Source of the DNA: Mytilus edulis | Taxonomy: Eukaryota | Direction of reading: 5' to 3' | Length of the DNA: 64,000 bases | NCBI RefSeq assembly: GCF_963676685.1 | Contig: NC_092356.1 | Coordinates: 66,216,001-66,280,000, forward strand | Shown: positions 38,901 through 50,737 of the stretch, piece after piece | How positions within the stretch are numbered: position 1 is the stretch's first letter | Layout: each line of letters begins with the position of its first letter | Notes under the pieces: model-generated | The model's database searches: none | The model's input: the letters and a program-made list of their open reading frames with translations, nothing else | What the model was told of the DNA's origin: nothing | Made by a program: the position numbers and the translations under genes

Positions 38901-40144
38901 TTTTTTTGTCTCTTTGGCACATTTTCTGTTTCCATTCTCAATGTTACGTTTTTAAAAATTAAGCTGGAAGTAACCAAGATTTTAAAATTTTCATTTGTTA
39001 TGCTTCTCACTTACGGGTACTATGTTTTTCAGTCTGTGGGTTCGTTCATTCATTCTTCTGTTTGTCCTGCTTTTATGAAAGTTTTTGGTCCAGGTAGCTT
39101 TTGATGTTGAAGTTGAAGTCCAATCAACTTGAAACTTAGTGCACAAGCTCCCTGTGATATGATCTTTCTAATTTTGATGCCAAATTACAGTTTTGACCCC
39201 AATTTCACGGTCCACTGGACATAGAAAATGATAGTGCGGTGGGGCATCCATGTACTTTGGACATTCTTATTTTGTAATTAGTTTGTAAAACAAAATGTTT
39301 AACACAACAAATTGATTATTATTGATATCGATAACAAGAGGAATACATATGCATATAATTATAAGATAATAAAGTCAGTCTATAAAGATCTTATGTTAAA
39401 AGTTTTGACCGTGAATAACCATGAATAACCATGAATAACCGAGCTTTTTATTTCCATTTTCACAATTTTTCTGTACACACCATATTTTAGACAAGAATTA
39501 CATTTTTTTTAATACTAATTTCTATAGGACTTCTTAAGATAAGCATCAGAAAGTATCTCCTATTTATATCCCAATTTGAAAGTTTTAACTACCAATAACC
39601 AAGATTTTTTTTCATTTCCAGTTGTTGTTTTTTTCTGTCTCAAAACATATATTCAGCTAAATTACCCAAATATTAATACTGATAACTTAAGGACTTCACA
39701 AAATAAACATAAAATAGTATGTTCTTTTTTCTATGTAGATCAAATTTCAAAAATATTAACCATTAACAACTGAAATTTTCTGTGTTTCCAGTTTTCGACG
39801 TTTTTTTCACTAAAAATCACTCATTTCACCTCAAAATTACTTCAATATGAATAATAATAGCTAATGGACTACTTTATAGTCTATTAAGATAAGATTGACT
39901 GTCTTCCACAAGCTTTAGGTCTAAAAATGCAACAATAAATAATAATTTTTCTTCTTTTCCAGTTTTCAGCATTTTTTCTCTAAAAACCACATATTTCACC
40001 CAAAATTACCTTTTCCGCAATTCATATCAATGTATAGTTTTAGTATGTTGTTAGTACAAGGCTATATTATAATTTACACTAAAAAAAACTTGTGTTGCAA
40101 TTAGTTGGAGGTTGAGTGATTTTAGAGCTAGATTGACTAGGCTA
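35989..40144. mobile_element. Non-autonomous TIR DNA transposon, Academ-like (TAG..CTA ends, 3-bp TSD TTG)
   Basis: tagtctagtcaat..caactaattgcaacacaag at the left end versus cttgtgttgcaattagttgg..attgactaggcta at the right end. TTG at 35986-88 and 40145-47. Splits a common short repeat (ttttacattg|ttatttcggggcc). Confidence 0.7.
37873..38019. mobile_element. ~150-bp MITE (caggggcggat..), copy 1
   Basis: Imperfect TIR; CGCTG duplicated on both flanks; homologous to 41149-41300. Confidence 0.75.
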
Positions 40145-40390
40145 TTGTTATTTCGGGGCCTTTTATAACTGGAAAATGTGGTATGGGCTTTGCTCATTGT
40201 TGAAGGCCTTACGGTGACCTATAGTTATTAATTGCTGTGTCATTTTAGTCTTTTGTGGAGATTTGTCCCATTGTCAACCATACCACATATTCTTATATAT
40301 TTATAATAAATGCATTGAACAAAATGACTAAAACCTCTAGACTCCTATCATTGTCCGTATTGCCCAAATATTGATATGTTATTATTCTAT

Positions 40391-40712
40391 TTTTATGCCC
40401 CACCTACGATAGTAGAGGGGCATTATGTTTTCTGGTCTGTGCGTCCGTTCGTTCGTCCGTCTGTTCGTTCGTCCGTCCGTCCGTTCGTTCGTTCGTCCGT
40501 CTGTCCCGCTTCAGGTTAAAGTTTTTGGTCGAGGTAGTTTTTGATGAAGTTGAAGTCCAATCGACTTCAAACTTGGTACACTTGTTCCCTATGATATGAT
40601 CTTTCTAATTTTAATGCCAAATTAGAGATTTTACCCCAATTTCACGGTCCACTGAACATAGAAAATGATAGTGCGAGTGGGGCATTCGTGTACTGAGGAC
40701 ACATTCTTGTTT
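40391..40712 (+). mobile_element. Helentron-associated non-autonomous element (HINE/DINE-1/pearl-like)
   Basis: T-run, subTIR atgccccac, short IR ggggcat, (gtcc/gttc)n microsatellite, core, gtggggcat subTIR, short hairpin, T-run. Related copies at ~38993-39272 and ~41012-43300. Confidence 0.75.
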
Positions 40713-41148
40713 TATGATATATTCATCTTTTGTCTTAGATTAAAAATAAAACTGTAAAAGAACCCAAAGTCATCGCCCCCTATCCTCTCAGCCCCAGTTA
40801 AAAAATATCAATATGTAAATCAATTTAACAACCACACTGTACAGTATGCACAAGTTTCCTCAATGTTCGAAATAATATGAATGGTACTTCTTTTTACTGC
40901 ATAACATTTATTTTACAACTAAGAGGTTTTAAAAAATGGACGTTTATGTAATTTTTTAAAGTCAGCTGAGACAAGTTTACCCATCAATAATTCTAATGCA
41001 TCCTTTTCTAATTTTTATGCCCCCACTGTAGCGGAGCGAGCATTAAGTTATACCCCTGTCCGTCTATCCGTCTGTACGTTCCAGAATTGGTTTCCGATCT
41101 CTAATTTTAGTTTGCCTCAACCAAATGTTAAGAAACTTATACACAATG

Positions 41149-41300
41149 CAGGGGCGGATCCAGCCATTTTAAAAGGGGGGTTCCCAACCCAGGATAAAGG
41201 GGGGAGGGGGTTCCAACCCTATGTCCCAATTCAAATGCATTGATCAGCCAAAAAAGAGGGGGGTTCCAACCCAAGAATCCTCCCCCTGAATCCGCCACTG
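41149..41300. mobile_element. ~150-bp MITE (caggggcggatcc..gaatccgccactg), copy 2
   Basis: TIR plus 6-bp TSD ACAATG; nested inside a HINE-like element. Confidence 0.8.
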
Positions 41301-41548
41301 ACAATGCTTACTACCACAAAACAGGTCAAGTTCGATTTTGGTCACTTTTACCATACAGACATGCTAGAGTTATGCTCCTTAACAAAAGGAAAAAAATGTT
41401 GATTTTTTTGTTTCCGTTTTCCAACTTTAGTTTGTCTCTACCAAATGATATAAAACTTATACACACTGCGCATTACCACAAAACATAAATAGAGTTTGAA
41501 TTTTGATGGCGCCAATTTTCCAGTTCAAGAGTTATGCTTCTTTACTAA

Positions 41549-42925
41549 TACCCCAGTCCCACTAGGTCACGATCGCACTACGATCTGTGAAAAAATACAT
41601 ATTTTTATGATCGTGGTACAATCGTGTAGATCGCAGTAAGGTCGTATCATAGTCGTGGTGAGGTCTTCATGATCGTGATGAGCTTGGCAAACTTTGAACA
41701 TGTTCAAAACAATCGTGGTGTGGTCGTGGCAAAATCAGGTCGTAGTAGAAGCGTAGTGAGAGCGCGCTAAGATCGTAGTAAGATCGCAAGGTCGCTGTAC
41801 CATCGTAGTGAGAGCGTAGCGAAAGCGTGATTTTATTCGGAGAAACTGCGCTACGATCTCATTGCGACGTTCTCACCGCAACCAAACTACGCTTCCACTA
41901 CGACTATACCACGCTGTTCACGACCATAGTACGATTCTAGTACGCCCTTGCCGTCCTCATCACGCTCTTCTTACGACCTGACTACGTTCATTTTACGACC
42001 ATTATTCTCATTGTCATTTTCCCATAAAATATATTAATTCTCTCCAGGTTTTGTTTGTCTGTATGTAACTGGGACTTCTTGTCCATTTTCTCTAACGGCT
42101 CAACCATGCTTCTTGTTTTCATATAGATTAGACCGTTGGTTTTCCCGTTTGAATGGTTTTACACTAGTAATTTTGGGGGCCTTTTATACCTTCATGTTCG
42201 GTGTAAGCGAAGGCTCCGTGTTGAAGGCCATATCTTGGCCTATATAATTGTTACTTTTAAAAATAGTTACTTGGATTAAGAGTTGTCTCATTGGCACTCA
42301 TACCACAACTTCCTATATCTATTGACACATCTGTTTCATATCTGCTATCGTGCACTAAAATATCGTCATTTAAGCTTTATGGACCAGAAATAGGTTGTAA
42401 TTTAGGTCGGATTGGTTGGTCCGACATCTCTACTTGATCAAGATTCGTTACTATCAGAGCTCCATTTGCCTCTACATCAACCCTAACACCACGACCACGT
42501 GTTCTAGTAGATTATGGTGGCATGACTGTATTTTTTTCGAGAAATCTACGTATCAATCAGAAATAACACTGTGTAGTAAGATCGCGGTTTGAACGTAGTG
42601 TAATCGTGGTAAGAACGTGCTATAATCGCAGTAGAAGCGTGGTAAGATCGTGTTGCAATCGGATATCTCGTGGTATGGTCGTAGTGAGAACGTGATGAGC
42701 GTAGAAAGGTCTTGATAAGCGTAGTAAGGTCGCAGAATAAGCGCGGTGAGAACGTGTTATAATCGTAGCGGGATCGTTGTAGAAGCGTAATGAGGACGTA
42801 GTAGCATCGTGAAAGCAACGAAAATTTACATTTTCATGCCGCTCATACCGTGACCTCACCACGATCGGAATTTGATTTAGATCGCGGTGAGCGTGGTGCG
42901 ATCGAGGTCTAGTGGGACTGGAGCT
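41549..42925. mobile_element. Non-autonomous TIR element with GATCGT-rich subterminal repeats (PIF/Harbinger-like)
   Basis: ccagtcccactaggtcacgatcgcac at the left end versus gtgcgatcgaggtctagtgggactgg at the right end. TAA lies next to both ends; ~400-bp repetitive subtermini. Confidence 0.65.
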
Positions 42926-43959
42926 TAAAAGCAAATTTGCTGAATTTTTCGTTTCCGTTCTATAACTTTAGTTTGCTTCAACCTAATGTTAGAAAACTTA
43001 TAAACAATGCTTATTACCACAAAACACTGACCAAATATGAATTTTGGTGATTTCTTTTTTCTGTTCTAGGGTTATGGTCCTTTACATATGGAAAAATTGC
43101 TGATTGTTTTGTTTCCAATCTCTGATTTAAGTTTGTCTCAATTATATGTTATGAAATGCATATATAATGATTATTGCCACAAAACTCAGTTAAAGTTCAA
43201 GTTTTTGTAGCGTCACTTTTAAAGTTCATGAGATATGTCTCTCTTTAAATTCATATGTTAGTGTGGTATCAATTGAGACCCTATGCACACATTCTTCATT
43301 TTTTTAAGTTAAATTATTTAATCTTTGGGCGAAGAAAAAAATAAGGAAATTATATGAGTTGTATGAAAATATTTTAATTTTAATTTTTCAATTTTTATAT
43401 GGATAACATTGGATAAAAAAGTTCTTTTGAGTGGTCAATAGGCCACATTGTGGTTGCTAGATTGCTATTAAAAACTTTTTAAAATGATAGACTCAACAAA
43501 AATAAATATTCAAGTGTTTGGTAACACATAACTATTAATTTTTATAGATTCAGAAGTCTTTTCCTAGGGCAATTGCAATAACGTTAGATATAATAGTTCG
43601 TTTTATAAACCCCGTTGCTACATGTAGGCAACCAAATAATCACAAAAACAAAAAAAATGTTCAATATTTTTTAAAGTCACTATGCAACGACTAATGGTGG
43701 ATTGAATATGAAGTCATTTCAAGAGGGGGCAAAAAATGCCCCTTATCATACCTTGTCCTTTACTGCTTGTACTGATCTTTATAATTATTAATCAGGACTT
43801 CTTCATGTACCAAGACCTAATTCTGATTTTTGTAAAAGAACATTTCAATATTCTGGTCTTATAACCTGGTATAATTTACTAAATAATATTAACTAAAACT
43901 AAAGCAATAGATATTTTAGATACATTTAAAACCAGCTGTTAAAACTAATTTCTAACTGA

Positions 43960-44485
43960 ACAGAAAAAAGATGCACGAGAATATATTTCATAAATTTGTT
44001 ATAAGCCTTTTTAGAAGAATCCTGACCAAAAACTTTTTTCTAATATATAATCATTTATCTTTTTTACATGCAACTGAATCAGTTCTAAACATCCCCCATA
44101 TTTCACTGCCACATAATAGTATGGGTTTACAAACGTGGCAATACTAGGGTTAAATGATGACAAGCATCTCTGTAGCTTAAAACATGCTTTTGAAGATTTT
44201 TTGTATAATTCATATTTACATTGCTTGAATATACCACTATATGTAAATGTGATTCCAAGATATCTATATAATTTTGCACTTTCAATCTCTTTACCTACAA
44301 AATATAAACAGCATTTTAAAAGTTTTTCTGGCTTGTTAAAAATCATCCTTTTTGTCTTTTTTAAATTACATTTACCATCAAAACACCATTCTAAACAATA
44401 TTAATGTAACATATTTATTCTCTTTTGCAAGCCTTCCTTTGTTTCTGAAAAAATTACTACATCATCATCTTACATAAGACAGTCT
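43960..44485 (-). pseudogene. Non-LTR retrotransposon RT C-terminal fragment
   Basis: CLM..DDVVIFSETKEGLQKRIN and YRYLGITFTYSG..LYKKSSKACFKL motifs, frameshifted. Confidence 0.7.
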
Positions 44486-44489
44486 TAAT

Positions 44490-45092
44490 GATGAACCACC
44501 AGCAGAGGTATCGAATAGTGTTGTAAAAAACTAAAAAAACACGTTATAAATTTCTTGCGTTCAAAGCGCTTTTCTGGATTGACCTTCATCAGTAACGCCC
44601 AAGTTAGAATACCAAGAATTAATAAGAACCGAAAAAATGAGGAACAGTTTGCCTGAGAATGTTAAACCTTATTTTTCTCAAAATTTAAAAATTTATTAAC
44701 GAATGATTTTAGAACGGTTTGTTAGGAATCATGTTAGTACCGAAGTAATGACTACTGAGCTGATTATTCACTCGGGGACTGATTGTCTACCTGCAGACTC
44801 AGTACTGTAAAAATGAAAACAACAAGTTATTAATTTCTTTCGTCTGGTGAACCTTTTCTGGATTTACATTCACCAGGAACGCTAGATTAGAATATTTGAA
44901 AGCTAAGGATGTATTATAATCGAAAAGGTTGAGCAGAAATGTAGACCAGGAAGGACCTGAAATATTGTCATATTTGCTTGAGGGTATTAAAATTTTAGTT
45001 TCGTATAATTTCAAAAATTGATATATAAGTTTATAAAGGTTTGTTAAATATCATGTTAGTATCGACGTACTGACTACTGAAGTACTGATACC
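44490..45092 (-). repeat. Two tandem ~300-bp retrozyme-like units (family 2) with minimal hammerhead motifs
   Basis: Reverse complement of 44557-44598: gcgtta-CTGATGA-aggtcaatcca-GAAA-agcgct-TT-gaacgc. A decayed second motif is at ~44840-44882. The units share catgttagta(c/t)cga.gta.tgactactga. Confidence 0.65.
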
Positions 45093-45375
45093 ATCTTCAA
45101 CAAACGCAATGGTTTTATTCTCAAGTTCATTATGTCTTGTAAAGCATTCCTTAAGCAGGTTCAATTCTCCATTTTCTACATAAAGAAGTGCATGTACCAA
45201 GTTAGGAATATAACAGTTGTTTCCATTCGTTTCATTTGCTTGTGCTGTTGATTTTGCCATTTTTATGATTTTTCGTTTTGAATTTTTCTTGAAAATCGAT
45301 ATTTTTGTTAATTTTCTTTGACATAAATACGTTTAAATATATGTTTGTACCTTCTTTTCTTTCTTTTTATTATAG

Positions 45376-45483
45376 ATTATTGCAAGGATTAAAAGAAAAG
45401 GAGAGAATGGTAACAGAACTTCAGGAAGAAAAAAGAAAACTCACAACTGAATACAAACAAAGTGAAATGAAAGCCTTTTCACA
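45376..45483 (+). CDS. TRIM-like gene coiled-coil exon B3 (108 nt)
   Basis: tttttattatag|A..CA|gtaggt; phase 2-2; LLQGLKEKERMVTELQEEKRKLTTEYKQSEMKAFS. Confidence 0.8.
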
Positions 45484-46468
45484 GTAGGTCGTTGTTACAT
45501 TTCTTGTATGGTGTAAACTTTCCACTAACACCATACTATATTACACCATTCACCATAAAGCATTATACAATACACCCTGTGCTATAACATACTCGTTACA
45601 CCTATGACCATACACCTTACAAATAACACTATAATGCAATTTAATTTCAAATAAAGCATGCGACCTCAAAATTAAGTATTTATACATTGCATTAAAAAAA
45701 CGTATATTGTAAATTAATGTATAAAATTAAAGATCAGTTCTTATCAATATTTGCATAGTTTTAAATGTCGTACATCATTCATTATTCCCGATCGCACGTT
45801 AAACCATTACACCATTCCTCTTACATCATACACCATAGCACCATTCACCTTCTACCACTCGCCATATACCATACAGCGTTACACCATACACGTTTTTTGG
45901 GACGTTGAAACCATTCAAGGGCTGTAATACACACTATGTGCTTACAATTTATACAGACCAAAAGTATTTTTTTATAATCAAATATTGGGGCACTATTTGC
46001 TAAAGACATACGATTTCATGATACTGCAATTACATAAAACATAAAATATCCTTTAGATTACTCTTTGAAAATCCCAAAAAGAACACGCAATTTGTAATTA
46101 TTCAATAAAAGAAAGAAAAAACTTTCTCTTATGAGTAATTGCAGCTCCTTTTTCATCTCTCGATAGAACTTTTGATCAAATTATAATATTATACTATCAT
46201 GATGATTTGTTTTTACATGTTTTATATCATGCTTATCCGAATGATTCTTCAAATTAATACTTGTATGATATGTTCTTTGTCATAACCATACACACATCTG
46301 CTACATCCCAAAATAAAATTTAATGCAATTAACGCAATCGCAAAATACCATTGTACACCATATACTATTTGCCACTTTTTTATCATATATATTGGGTTTT
46401 GCACTCAGAGTTACTATTGTTTGAATAATATTGAATATATCTATCTGTATATCTTTACTATTTTGTAG

Positions 46469-46570
46469 ATTAAAAGAAACTGAGCAAAAAATGAATACAT
46501 ACCTGGAAGAAAATGACAAATTAAAGTCTAACATTAAAGTTAAACAAGATGAGTTAGAAAAAATGTCAAA
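46469..46570 (+). CDS. TRIM-like gene coiled-coil exon A4/C (102 nt)
   Basis: ttttgtag|A..AA|gtaaat; phase 2-2; LKETEQKMNTYLEENDKLKSNIKVKQDELEKMS. Confidence 0.8.
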
Positions 46571-47078
46571 GTAAATTACTATTAATAATGAATATATATT
46601 CACAAATATCATATTTGTATAAAGAAAAAACAGCAAAAATACTACATTTTCTGGAAAATTCAAATTGCAAAATAAAAAGCAAAGACACACCAAACTAATG
46701 AAAAAAAAATGTCATAATTTCGGCTTGTTTTTGGCATTTTATCATGTAGAGAACGGTGGATTAAACCTCATTTTGTAGCTAGCTGAATATCTCATTTATA
46801 TGACAGTCGCATATAATCTCATTATATTAAAAACAATGTACGAATTATACAAAAAGACTTAATAGGTTAAATGTTTAAAATAAGGAAACAACATCAACAT
46901 TGTGTCACAAAATTAATCTGTATAAAAACAAAGGTTTATTACAAAAGAAAACTGGCAAATGGACAGTCTAAAGACACAGTAAATCACAAAAAATGAAATA
47001 CAATGATACAGAAATTACCATAGCACAATAACACAATGGCGGAATGTATAAATACGAATTAAACCAACTATGTTTCAG

Positions 47079-47226
47079 TGAAGCTGATACTAAAGCTGAT
47101 CTTACCAACAAACTGACAAAACATTTTGAAGATAAGATTGAAGACCTGGAAAACAAATGGAAACAAGGTGAAAAGAAAAATACTGCACACAAGTGTACAG
47201 GTAATAAAGTTAATAAAAAAACATAG
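47079..47226 (+). CDS. Candidate further or terminal exon of the TRIM-like gene
   Basis: The tgtttcag|T acceptor is in phase 2 and opens EADTKADLTNKLTKHFEDKIEDLENKWKQGEKK..TAG. Alternative donors at 47168 and 47201 mean the gene may continue. Confidence 0.5.
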
Positions 47227-48039
47227 AATTAACGAAAAAACGAGTAGCCTGATGACCGTTTGTCATATTTGTGTTTTGTTTTAGAATAATTGATTTAAGG
47301 GAAACACAATTGTCCTAATATCACAAGAGAATAAATTAAAGCATTCGGTGTATGAAAGTTAAAAGTAAGGGATGCGTATGACATCATGTTTTTCCATCCA
47401 TGAATATAAGGTGTACGTAAGCTTTACGAATCAATTAAATATTATTTCCCATTTAGTTATTTAGAAAACGCAAATAACAACATAAACAAGTCAACAAAAG
47501 GTAGTTTTAAAATTGAATTTATCAAAAAGGATTATACATTATACACTATGGGACTCGGAATAAAGTACTACTGCTTATTCATAATCTGTCTAAAAAAATA
47601 TTTGAATCTAGTAGGAATAGTTAATACAAAAAAACTTCATATTATTGTTGTGGTAGAATTAAAACGAAAAAAGCTAGCCTGACACAATATAATTGAAAAT
47701 TAATCTTTATGGTATGAGCTTTTGTCTACAATAATCATTACTGTACCAATACTGAATCGGTACCATTTCCTCCATCAGTTTAATATCTGATTCAAATGCA
47801 ATAAATTGCTAATATTCGAGGCTGGAAACTTAAAAGAGAAGGTATAATTCCTTGTCGCATGCTCGTGTATTTACGACACGTGTATGAAAAATGAAAGCTT
47901 GTTTATATATAGCACATGCATTACTTAATGAACATAAGATTTTAAAACAATAGGTTCAATTTGTAATCGTGCACGCATAATTTCTACAATTACATTTGAA
48001 GACTTATTTCTATTGTTAACAATTGTGTGTTTGCTTAGA

Positions 48040-48660
48040 TTTTCAATTCTTTATTTACACTCAGACACAAAATATGTGTTACATGAGGACAAATTACAAA
48101 TAAAATACAATAAATGACAGAATAGACAGGTAACTATTAACAAAAGTGTAATTTCTAAAGATAATAAAACTTGTAAGATACATGCACCTTTCTAAATGAA
48201 GGTAGATAGTTTCTTAATAAATATAGCTAGATTATACAATAACTGACAGTGACACAATGACAGCATATTTTGCATTTTCAGTACAGATGGGTATGTTGTA
48301 TAATATTTCGGTATATATTTCTTCCGAAGTTCAGTAATAGAACTATTATTACATACATATAAATAATGATATTCATCACCAATACATGATTCATTACATA
48401 AGGTACATATGCGATCTTTTCTAGCGATGTTGTACCATCTGCCAGTTTCCATAGGAATTTTTAGGTTACATGTTCTCAGTTTTGAAATCCAGATTCTTTT
48501 ATCCTCTGGAAGACGTAATAGATAATTTTCCAGACCAAACTGAGATTTAAATAACTTATAATATTCGCCACGAGACGAGTTATCAATATTACTGGACCAC
48601 TTTTGAAGAAACTGATCTTGAAGAATCTGTTTTATAACGGGTTTGAAAGTTGAATAATCA
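48040..48660 (-). mobile_element. 5'-truncated non-LTR retrotransposon 3' end (C-terminal CCHC zinc finger plus 3' UTR)
   Basis: KLRTCNLKIPMETGRW..DRICTLC..IGDEYHYLYVC; stop at 48192; aataaagaattgaaa tail near 48040-48055 on the minus strand. Confidence 0.8.
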
Positions 48661-50737
48661 ATGTATAGAGAGAGTCGCGTTTGAACCAAATAAACCACAA
48701 ATTGTAAAGACCTGGTGTCTTTTGATTTCAGATCCTTGGACCATTACTTGAAAACATAGGTCAAGGTCAAAGTTCAAGGCTGGATTTAAGATTTTGACAT
48801 TTCTTTGTTTCCCATATGTATCTGAAATGGTTATAATAGATAGAGAAAATTTATAGGATGAAAAATGTTTGGGTCTACAAGGATCAACTTTGTTACATAT
48901 AAATGTATTGATTTTATCGTTATTTAACGGCCATAACTCCCGCCGACGGTTTTTTAAAAGACATAATTAGGAAATTAGAAAAAAACTATCCATTGATTCT
49001 TTTACAATGACTTTGTGGAGCAATGACCTTGACAAGGTCACAAGATCAAAGGCAACGTCAAAAAGGCAAGTTATGTGTAGTAAGTTGACATTGATCTTTG
49101 ATTTGTTTTTACTAATTATGGGATATATCAAGAACTCTTATACTTATAGGAACCATAAATATTAAATAAAAGTATGTGGGTCATTAAGGCGCAACTCTGT
49201 TACAATTGGACCGAAGAATTATAACGTTTTCGATAGGAACATTACCGATGACTAAAGTATTTGCGCGCTTCTGTGTATATAGAGAGTTTGCAATGCAAAT
49301 AGCGTTCCAAATAAGGCAAACAAAATGTGATGCCCTAATATTTACAAAATGTATATAGAATATGACTAGACTCTGAAATTAATAGCATCTGCTGAAAGTA
49401 CATAAACATTATTTCAATGACAAAAGAAATTCAGCATGCTTATGCACCGGAAATATCCTAAACAAATTGTTGTTTCCTGACTAAATGACACAGCATAATT
49501 TTCAGTAAGCCAATTCCAATAGCAAATAAAATGTCACTGCGACTTTCGAATGGATCACTTCGAATTATAGTTATTTGCGCGCGCACATACATGGTTGAAC
49601 TTTCACAAATTCTAAAAATAAATAGCAGACCATCCAATCGTGAATAATTGATCTTAGTAGGTCTTTTCATATTTCTGTGGAAAGACCTATAGTATTTGTT
49701 CTGACTATCATTTTATTTCGGCCACATTTTGTTCTCGCGGCGTATAGTGGTTTCACAACATGTCGCTAAGATTTTTTTGCATATAATTTTAAACAAGTTA
49801 TCTCCCAAAACACTGGTTTTTGTGTGTGCGCATCTTCTTCGCAACCGAAAAACAGTACGACAATATCATTTTACAAATTTTTCGTCTTACCCTCGGGAAC
49901 TGAAGACTATATATGAGAGTTATTTCTCCTTATGCATTTAATATACGTGATATGTATGTGTAACTCGTAAATAATAAGTCATATAGACATAGGGTCTTTT
50001 GATTTGAGGTTCTTGGTTCAAAAAAGAAGAAAATCAGGTCAAAGTCATGTTTCTAATTTTTTATATCGCTTCTTTCCAAAGAGACATTAAGGTAGAGTAT
50101 TGGACAATTGATTGATACAACGACAATTAAATTTCAAAACATCGATTTATACGAGTTGTCAGGTTACTATCAATACGATTGATAACAATTGATTAACACA
50201 TATCAACTCAATCAACGAAATAAAAATACATACATTCGATACGATTGATCACGATTGGTTACCAAACATCAACTCAACCAACTTTAAAAATAGACCACAC
50301 AGTCACTTGATCGTTGCCATAGAAAGTTAAGAGTAATAAAAACTTAGTGTCTTCGTTAACATAGGTGGAAATAGATATTTTAAAAGGTTTTCATAAAATT
50401 TTAGCTGCAAACGTAATACTTTTTACCAATCTTATCTATATACAAAATGAGAAACGTGTTGATATTACGCACCGAATTTATTCTAGTCACGCTAGCGGTG
50501 TAAAGCAAAGATTAACAGCAATATTTGGCGCCATCTTGACAAAGAATGAATGTTTCAAAATAACTGATAATATTACAGTACATATTTTTTTTTAAGTAAA
50601 ACAAGTATTTTTTTTTAAGTCTTGGTGAACTCGCACACATAAGCTTCTATATTTCAATTGCAGAATATACACCGTGCTTATGAAGTCATTTGTCAAAAGC
50701 AAAGTCTTTTATGAGAACTTACCTTTTATTGTAGTTG

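Noticed and set aside
42546-42934. Two overlapping minus-strand ORFs (90 and 104 aa)
   Set aside because: By-products of GATCGT-rich subterminal repeats of a TIR element.
45525-45892. acacca(t/c)-rich tract
   Set aside because: Degenerate low-complexity repeat with no coding or structural signal.
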